Positions 54,475 to 60,298 of a stretch of 60,298 nt of DNA are shown in pieces (the first letter of the stretch is position 1; every line of letters starts with the position of its first letter). Origin of the DNA: a virus. Its lineage: Duplodnaviria; Caudoviricetes. The notes under the pieces are model-generated. The model did no database searches. It saw only the letters and a program-made list of their open reading frames with translations, and was not told the origin of the DNA. The translations under genes and the position numbers were made by a program. The stretch covers positions 1 through 60,298 of IMG/VR virus record IMGVR_UViG_3300047387_000084. One strand, given 5' to 3'.

Positions 54475-54653
54475 TAGTCTCTGTATCCTCCTCCTGCTTT
54501 CTTGTATCGTGCTGCTAGTAGCTGCGCTTTGCGGGCTGACCACTGGCCAGCTCTACCGCCTTTTGTTCCTGCTTTGATTGAATTAAACAACCGCTTCCGC
54601 ATTGTAGGCTTCGTGTAGTTGCCCGCTTCATTGACTCTTGATTTCTTCTTCAT
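54474..54653 (-). CDS. Basic protein, DUF5872-like N-terminal half (59 aa)
   Basis: YTKPTMRKRLF...GTKGGRAGQWSARKAQLLA..YKKAGGGY; missed by the ORF track. Confidence 0.75.
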   Translation of the reverse strand: MKKKSRVNEAGNYTKPTMRKRLFNSIKAGTKGGRAGQWSARKAQLLAARYKKAGGGYRD

Positions 54654-54937
54654 TTTAAGCGTTTAAGGATTCGTTCGTAGGCCGGAAAGAAAACCTCGTC
54701 GATGCAGCGGATACAGGCTTCTTCTTGAAAGCTCTCGCAGAACGAGATGCCTGAGATATGGAAGGCGGCGTGTAACATTTCATGGCGTAAGGTTGGTATG
54801 ATTTGATTTTCTGGTAGTTTCTTATGTAACTGGATTATTCGTTTTTCGTGTAAGTATTGTCCGTAGCAATCATCTAGCTCAGTCCTGTGGATCTTGATCC
54901 GCTGACCAGCGATCATGACTGACTTTAGTGTTTTCAC
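54650..54937 (-). CDS. Minimal zincin-like metallopeptidase
   Basis: TLRHEMLH...EE. Confidence 0.7.
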   Translation of the reverse strand: MKTLKSVMIAGQRIKIHRTELDDCYGQYLHEKRIIQLHKKLPENQIIPTLRHEMLHAAFHISGISFCESFQEEACIRCIDEVFFPAYERILKRLK

Positions 54938-55149
54938 TTCTTAGATCTGTTTCTTGATTTACTGAGTAACCTTAAATTTTTACGTGAGTTGTTTTTTGGA
55001 TTTCCATCTTTGTGGTCAACGTCTTTACCTTTGACCCGCTTGCCTAAAATCTTCTTCATCTTTCGGCGTGCGCCATTACGGCTAGCCCGATTCTTTTTCT
55101 GTTCCGGTTTACCTTGGTAGTTGTCGTATTCTTTTCGGTAGTTTCTCAT
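54934..55149 (-). CDS. Small HNH protein
   Basis: DVDHKDGNPKNN...NLR...NR. Confidence 0.75.
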   Translation of the reverse strand: MRNYRKEYDNYQGKPEQKKNRASRNGARRKMKKILGKRVKGKDVDHKDGNPKNNSRKNLRLLSKSRNRSKK

Positions 55150-55799
55150 GCGTTGTTAAAGTATTCGACAATCGCTTGCGCGTATACGTCGGCTAGTAGT
55201 GAGTGCTTTGCGTCAAAGAGAACCCATTCCTTCGGGGAACTCCCGAAGAAAGGCTCACATATCACGGCGGGGGGCGAGACGCCTCGCAAGAACCCAGCCC
55301 CTCGACCATCGGGCTCAATCGCTTTTACGCCTCTGTCCTTCTGCACTTTAAAGGTTTCAGAATGTGCCTTACAGAAGCAGTCAGCTAAACGCCGTCCGTT
55401 ATTACTTGTGTGGTAGTAGAGGTATTCGTAGCCCTCTGCTTCGGAGCTTGAGTAGCTGTTGAAGTGAAGCTCAATCGCTATATCACACTTCTCTTTCGCT
55501 ACGCTTTGTGTGACCCAATCTATCGCACGGCTGTAGCTTTCCGACGGGTAGTCATTGAATACAACAGACTGGATTCCTTGGTGGCGTAAATGGTATTGTA
55601 AAAGATCGGCGACTTTTTTGTTGTAAGCCCACTCACTAACGCCCCCGACAGATACCGCCCCCCTATCTCCAATACGGCTGTGGCCAACACAAATCGCGAC
55701 TTTATTAAGCTTCTTAACCTTCTTACACCTAGCAGCCTTAGCCGCTTTGTAGGCGGCTATTAATTCTAGAATCTTGTCTAGTATTTGGCTCGGTTTCAT
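55146..55799 (-). CDS. Endolysin, N-acetylmuramoyl-L-alanine amidase (Amidase_3)
   Basis: VGHS, E..YN, IELHFNS and ICEPFF. Confidence 0.9.
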   Translation of the reverse strand: MKPSQILDKILELIAAYKAAKAARCKKVKKLNKVAICVGHSRIGDRGAVSVGGVSEWAYNKKVADLLQYHLRHQGIQSVVFNDYPSESYSRAIDWVTQSVAKEKCDIAIELHFNSYSSSEAEGYEYLYYHTSNNGRRLADCFCKAHSETFKVQKDRGVKAIEPDGRGAGFLRGVSPPAVICEPFFGSSPKEWVLFDAKHSLLADVYAQAIVEYFNNA

Positions 55800-56023
55800 T
55801 TCGCGATGATGATGGCGCGACGGTAGCTGTAGTCGCTATGAAACTTTTGACCACTACCAACGAAGATGCCTTCCTTAAACTGATACTCAAAACCTTCAAT
55901 TAAGGTCACTGTTGGTGGATCGTAGAGCGCACTTCTGTTCAAAGCGGTAGCGTCGAGATAACCTTTCGAGACGCAGCTTGGCAGCAGGAGAGCCATCAGC
56001 AGCGAGGTCGTCAATTTCATCTT
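55796..56023 (-). CDS. Lipoprotein, o-spanin candidate
   Basis: MKLTTSLLMALLLPSC lipobox; overlaps the upstream ORF in another frame. Confidence 0.6.
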   Translation of the reverse strand, partial: KMKLTTSLLMALLLPSCVSKGYLDATALNRSALYDPPTVTLIEGFEYQFKEGIFVGSGQKFHSDYSYRRAIIIAK

Positions 56024-56105
56024 CCAACTCATAAATGTATTTTCTTCTTTTCCAGTTAAGGGTAGCTACGTATGCTTTAATCAGCTCAGTGAGTAGCTTG
56101 ATCAT
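55896..56105 (-). CDS. i-spanin candidate
   Basis: Amphipathic N-terminus plus coiled coil, overlapping the lipoprotein gene. Confidence 0.45.
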   Translation of the reverse strand: MIKLLTELIKAYVATLNWKRRKYIYELEDEIDDLAADGSPAAKLRLERLSRRYRFEQKCALRSTNSDLN

Positions 56106-56449
56106 TTCTTCTCTTTGGAGAAATAAAAACCAGATTTAGGGTCTTTATAGATGCTGTATCCTGCTTCCTTCTCCCCTTTTTCTGTCATATGCCACGTTTT
56201 GTGGCGACGTCCTTTTAGTAACCTACCGTCTTTAGGGCTTCTGCTTGGCCAGTGTCCAGTTTTGTCTGGTTTCAAACCGTGAGCCTTAGCAGTAACATAA
56301 TCATACCCACTCCCTTCAGGATCAAACTTAGCATCCGCTTTATCGGCAGCTTTCACTGCCGCTCCCACCTTTTTAGCGGCAGCTTTAGCGGCAGCTTTAG
56401 CGGCAGCTTTAGCGGCAGCCTCTACGCTTTCTGTAAACGAGTTAATCAT
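56102..56449 (-). CDS. Hypothetical protein with AAKA repeats
   Basis: (AAKA)n followed by GHWPSR...LLKG..H.TW. Confidence 0.65.
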   Translation of the reverse strand: MINSFTESVEAAAKAAAKAAAKAAAKKVGAAVKAADKADAKFDPEGSGYDYVTAKAHGLKPDKTGHWPSRSPKDGRLLKGRRHKTWHMTEKGEKEAGYSIYKDPKSGFYFSKEKK

Positions 56450-56625
56450 TTTTCCTTAGCCTTGAACACATTAAGGGCTAGCCAGTCAACGATTTTATAT
56501 GCCTTACCAATAAAAGTATCGTCCTTCGGTGTAGGGGTAAGGGCAGCGATAGCAGACGCAGCGGCGATTACGGCAGTAACAACTCCAAAGAGCTGATCTT
56601 TGTTTTCTAAGATGTAGTTTATCAT
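56446..56625 (-). CDS. Holin-like membrane protein (59 aa)
   Basis: GVVTAVIAAASAIAALTPTPKDD...WLALN; ATGA couplings; below the ORF-track cutoff. Confidence 0.65.
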   Translation of the reverse strand: MINYILENKDQLFGVVTAVIAAASAIAALTPTPKDDTFIGKAYKIVDWLALNVFKAKEK

Positions 56626-56801
56626 TTCTTGCGGTTTTTAAATTTCTCGATTGCTGTTATAGCAGAAAGGACGGCGATAACCAAGCCGAGAAAAGTTGAT
56701 ATTAATCGGATTCCCATATCCAGATCTTCCGGCAAGGTAGACATAAACGCTACCGCAGATGCAGTGATACCAGATATAGGGTGTGTGATGTGGTGAAACA
56801 T
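56622..56801 (-). CDS. Small membrane protein, holin candidate (59 aa)
   Basis: MFHHITHPISG...LISTFLGLVIAVLSAITAIEKFKNRKK. Confidence 0.6.
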   Translation of the reverse strand: MFHHITHPISGITASAVAFMSTLPEDLDMGIRLISTFLGLVIAVLSAITAIEKFKNRKK

Positions 56802-57133
56802 TACATTTCAGTAGGTGCGGGTTTAATTGATAAGAAGGTAGGCTCAGTAAGTTCTTCAACTGTTCCGGCGTTAAGTGGGCCTTCTAACATCTGGTCGTCA
56901 GCTTCAGTGAACCGCCAACAATCAATAGCGATGAGTTTGCCGGAGCCATCTGTAGCTTCTGCAAGGTTTTCTACAGGAGGTAAGCCCGTCAAGGTGTTCG
57001 GGGTCGGGTAACCACGAGACTGATCCACGCCAGCTACGAGAGCGGTGTAAATATTAGGCTGAACCACGTAATACCGGAAGCCCGTGTCGGCTCTTGATTG
57101 TTCAATGTCAGTTAAGGGTGCGTCAGGGTCCAT
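56801..57133 (-). CDS. Fibre-associated acidic protein
   Basis: TAATG couplings downstream of the fibre. Confidence 0.6.
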   Translation of the reverse strand: MDPDAPLTDIEQSRADTGFRYYVVQPNIYTALVAGVDQSRGYPTPNTLTGLPPVENLAEATDGSGKLIAIDCWRFTEADDQMLEGPLNAGTVEELTEPTFLSIKPAPTEM

Positions 57134-57456
57134 TAGTCAGGTAGTTCAAGTTCGTCGAGAAGCTCAAGGTCTTCTTCGATAGGTGGCTCCCAGCGTAGTC
57201 GTTGTAGGTAAGTGTCTAGGTCGATTTCCTCAATGCCATCCAAGGTGAAATCATCACTGTCAAGGATGCCACTGCGTTTAACACAATACAGGCGGTCGCT
57301 GTTGGTCTCAGGGTCTAAGAAAGTCTTATCCCAAAGAGCCAGCCACCGTTCGCTTTGTTCGTCTGGTAGGTTCCTTGCGGTGTTACCAGCGGTCGTTAAG
57401 GTCTCGTAGGAGTCCTGATTGCTGAACCTAAAGAATCGATGAGTTTCGTCTGTCAT
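57133..57456 (-). CDS. Fibre-associated acidic protein
   Basis: Immediately downstream of the fibre. Confidence 0.6.
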   Translation of the reverse strand: MTDETHRFFRFSNQDSYETLTTAGNTARNLPDEQSERWLALWDKTFLDPETNSDRLYCVKRSGILDSDDFTLDGIEEIDLDTYLQRLRWEPPIEEDLELLDELELPD

Positions 57457-57459
57457 TTT

Positions 57460-60298
57460 TTAAAGTGTTACGCCATTAACAATTATTACCCAGCCTTTGG
57501 ATTTAAGCGAGGCGAGTGTAGAGTATGCTGGTGTGCCGGTAGCTGTATTATATTTAATAGTTATCTCTGGACCCGTTGAAGGAGCCGATTGACCGCTGGT
57601 GTTAATTGAAACCAGAATGTTCTCCACGCTTGCCGCACTCAGTGCGTTGTTGTCGAGCCATGTATTTAAGAAGCAATAATCTTGCGGAGTCCCCATTGTG
57701 TCGAATGCGTTGGCGGGGAAATCGACAAGAGACTGACAGTTTTGGAAGGCTGTCTGGAAATCATCGCCTTTGCTCAAATCTAAGTTTGAAGGCAGTGTGG
57801 TGAGAGCCGTGCAATTTTTGAATGCGCTTGTGAAATCAACAGAACTTGCCGAAGTTCCTAACAATGTCCCATCCTCAATGGTTGTAATGCCCGAGCCGCT
57901 CCAAGTAAACCTAAATACTGTGACGTTTGGAGCTTCAAGTTTTCCAAAATTCGTTAATGAACTACACCCCATCCAAGTTGAGTTGAGACTTGTTGCGCTC
58001 GGAAGCTGCATTGAAGGAAAGGTCGTTAGGCTACTGCAATAATACCAACATAAATCAAAACTAGAAGCGTTTGAGAAATCACATTGCCCAAATTGCTCAA
58101 GCGATGTTGCCTGAAAAAACGCCTGATTAAAATCGGTGCCAGTGCTTAAATCCAAAGCAGGGAAACTCGTAAGCCCACTACCTCGCCATGCGTCTACAAA
58201 GCCGACTCCTGTTTTATTGGTGCCAAGTTTTATGTCTGAGGGGAACGAGGTCAGTTCATGGCAATCCCTCCACGCGCCGTTGAAAAATTTACCGTTACCA
58301 AGGTCCAAGGCAGGGAAAGAACTCAGTGTAGTGTCACGCCATGTATCAGTAAACTGAACGTCCCCAGTGGCCGCAGTTCCCATTTTTATGCCAGCGGGGA
58401 ATGATGTTAAAGGTGACGAAGTGAAAGAATTCGCAAAGTTGGTGCCAGTGCTTAGGTCGAGCGGAGGAAAGCTTGTAAGTCCACTTTGCTGCCATGCGCT
58501 CGTAAAGTTCACATTGTTGGCGCTCGTGCCGAGCTTTGCGCCACTCGGGAATGATGTTAGGGCCGAAGTGCCTTGCCATGCGTTTAAAAAGTTCGTGCAA
58601 TTTGGAGCTTGAAGTGGAGGAAAGATTTCAAGAGAGGCACAGAATCGCCAGCCCTCTTTAAATGAGGTGACGCTTGAAGTGTCTACCTGTTTGAATTCAA
58701 CAATATCATTCCGGCTCTGCCAAAACTGTTGGACACTACTCGCGCTTACGGCATCTGAAGCTCCTCTATCAATTAAGAGTTTGCGAGCCTCTTCAATATC
58801 AGCACCAGTTGCTGACGCGGGTAACAAGATAATTCCGTAAAGGTCGCCGACTGACCTTATAACGCCAGCGTTACCCAAAAGGTTTAACTCAGTGACCGCA
58901 TCGTTGTCCACGCGATACGCAAAGGTGCCGAGTGACGTGCCGACGATTTGCCAGCCAGCTAATGGTTGTGATACTCCGTTTTTAAAATTAAGGTGTTCCG
59001 CTGCGTCATTAAAGGTGATGGTGTAGCCGTCGGTCGAAGGTTGGTCGTTCTGTGTCTCTTGAATAAGCGTCAAGTTGCTTCTAACATCAGTATCACCGTT
59101 ATCAGAGCCAGTGATATAGCCGTCGAGACGGTTACCGCCACCAAAGTTGGTGAAGTTTCCGGTGAACGTAGCTTTTTGCGGGTCAAAGAAATAGTAGCCT
59201 TGTGAGTCAATGAGACTAAACACGTTGTTCCTATTATTAATATAATTACGAACTGAGTCAGCTTGGGCGTCGGTGATGGTTGCAGGGAAGAGTGCTAGAT
59301 ATTCTAGGTCGATGTTAGCAGAGTCTGCTCCGGCTAAACTAGCCGCTGCGATGGTATATTCTTCTGCGCTTATTTGGTCCATTGTGTCGGTCCTATTTCT
59401 TTCGTCAGCGTTGTTCGCCCGACTTCTTTGCGCTCCTGCTTGAAATTTTATCTCATGTAATATATCACCGTTGGTATCGTCAAACATCCCGTCATGCTGT
59501 GTCTTCCAACCTGCGTAGTATGAAGCAATGTCATCGGTAGATAGACGCGCACTTACAATAAAACCCGTTGAGTCATGTCCTGCCTGACCAGTCGAATTTA
59601 TCGCGAACACGCGACAAGTCGATTCACCCCCATTACCAAGCACACTAAACGCTGCAAAGAAATAACCGCTATCAATTGTTTGGTTTAAAAGACCTCCAAT
59701 CGCGCTATTAGTCCCAGCAAACCGCAACACCGGCTTCTTGATAATCGTGGCTGGGTCGTTGCCGGACTGGTTGATTGTTACCACTTGGCCAGTCGCGCAT
59801 TTTATCTTGGTGTCCCCGTGGCGACCAATGGCCGTGAAGTCGATGTTGAGTTGCTCAGTGCCGCCGATAGATAACGTGGCTTTCTGGATGTATCCGTTTA
59901 GTGGAAGAATACTTGTTGAAAACTGACCGTTGAAAGAAAGGTGTGTAAAAGTTAAAGCCGAGCTACTAGCCCTTGACGCTATCACAGCATCGTTTTGTTT
60001 CAGAGTGATTGTTCCAGAAGTCCTTTCAATTTTAATATTTGAAACTCCTAAAGCTAAAGGTGAACTTAAAGAAGCATTAAAACCGCCAATGTAGAAAGAA
60101 CCGTTGTAAATTGCCAATCTATGGTCTGCGTTAGCTCCACTCAAAAAGTGTAGATTAGTGCCACTAACTAAATAAACATCCATCTCTAACACGAAGTCAT
60201 CGTTGGCTCCAATAGTCGGAAAGGTAACAGCCGGAGCGTTCCCAGTGGTGACCGGAAGATAACAATAGCCTTTACCATCAATCAGCGGCAACGCTTTA
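57460..60298 (-). CDS. Receptor-binding fibre/spike with LamG-like domains and C-terminal BspA/DUF285-like leucine-rich repeats (5' partial)
   Basis: Frame open to the window end; repeats LTSFPxLDLSxGTxFxxAW. Confidence 0.75.
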   Translation of the reverse strand, partial: KALPLIDGKGYCYLPVTTGNAPAVTFPTIGANDDFVLEMDVYLVSGTNLHFLSGANADHRLAIYNGSFYIGGFNASLSSPLALGVSNIKIERTSGTITLKQNDAVIASRASSSALTFTHLSFNGQFSTSILPLNGYIQKATLSIGGTEQLNIDFTAIGRHGDTKIKCATGQVVTINQSGNDPATIIKKPVLRFAGTNSAIGGLLNQTIDSGYFFAAFSVLGNGGESTCRVFAINSTGQAGHDSTGFIVSARLSTDDIASYYAGWKTQHDGMFDDTNGDILHEIKFQAGAQRSRANNADERNRTDTMDQISAEEYTIAAASLAGADSANIDLEYLALFPATITDAQADSVRNYINNRNNVFSLIDSQGYYFFDPQKATFTGNFTNFGGGNRLDGYITGSDNGDTDVRSNLTLIQETQNDQPSTDGYTITFNDAAEHLNFKNGVSQPLAGWQIVGTSLGTFAYRVDNDAVTELNLLGNAGVIRSVGDLYGIILLPASATGADIEEARKLLIDRGASDAVSASSVQQFWQSRNDIVEFKQVDTSSVTSFKEGWRFCASLEIFPPLQAPNCTNFLNAWQGTSALTSFPSGAKLGTSANNVNFTSAWQQSGLTSFPPLDLSTGTNFANSFTSSPLTSFPAGIKMGTAATGDVQFTDTWRDTTLSSFPALDLGNGKFFNGAWRDCHELTSFPSDIKLGTNKTGVGFVDAWRGSGLTSFPALDLSTGTDFNQAFFQATSLEQFGQCDFSNASSFDLCWYYCSSLTTFPSMQLPSATSLNSTWMGCSSLTNFGKLEAPNVTVFRFTWSGSGITTIEDGTLLGTSASSVDFTSAFKNCTALTTLPSNLDLSKGDDFQTAFQNCQSLVDFPANAFDTMGTPQDYCFLNTWLDNNALSAASVENILVSINTSGQSAPSTGPEITIKYNTATGTPAYSTLASLKSKGWVIIVNGVTL

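Noticed and set aside
1-60298. Direct circular join making one fibre gene from both window ends
   Set aside because: Joining position 1 to 60298 leaves a two-base codon and no terminal overlap is seen, so sequence is missing or these are two genes

Overview
The window is a near-complete (about 60 kb) tailed dsDNA phage genome with podovirus-like content, cut at both ends inside fibre/spike genes. There are four blocks. (1) Minus-strand structural genes at 1-19895: fibres, adaptor-like protein, two glycosyltransferases, poly-Ser proteins, major capsid, scaffold and portal. (2) A structured non-coding region near 19960-20240 followed by small plus-strand early genes up to 27338. (3) Minus-strand cysteine-free ejection/polyvalent proteins (one of 3671 aa) and the large terminase at 27335-42458. 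(4) A plus-strand TerS-like gene and replication module at 42469-52263 (resolvase, SF2 helicase, exonuclease, family A polymerase, primase-helicase), converging on minus-strand lysis and fibre genes. I saw no integrase, RNA polymerase, tRNA or CRISPR array. The most notable observations are: a candidate virion O-glycosylation system (GT25 + GT32 directly downstream of poly-serine structural proteins); a ~76 bp palindrome present twice, 21 kb apart, each copy supplying a stop codon; a covarying 14 bp palindrome over early start codons; leaderless sigma70-type promoters; head-to-head terL/terS with face-to-face promoters; and enzyme or propeller domains inserted into structural proteins. All family assignments are from motif recognition by eye, not from database searches.
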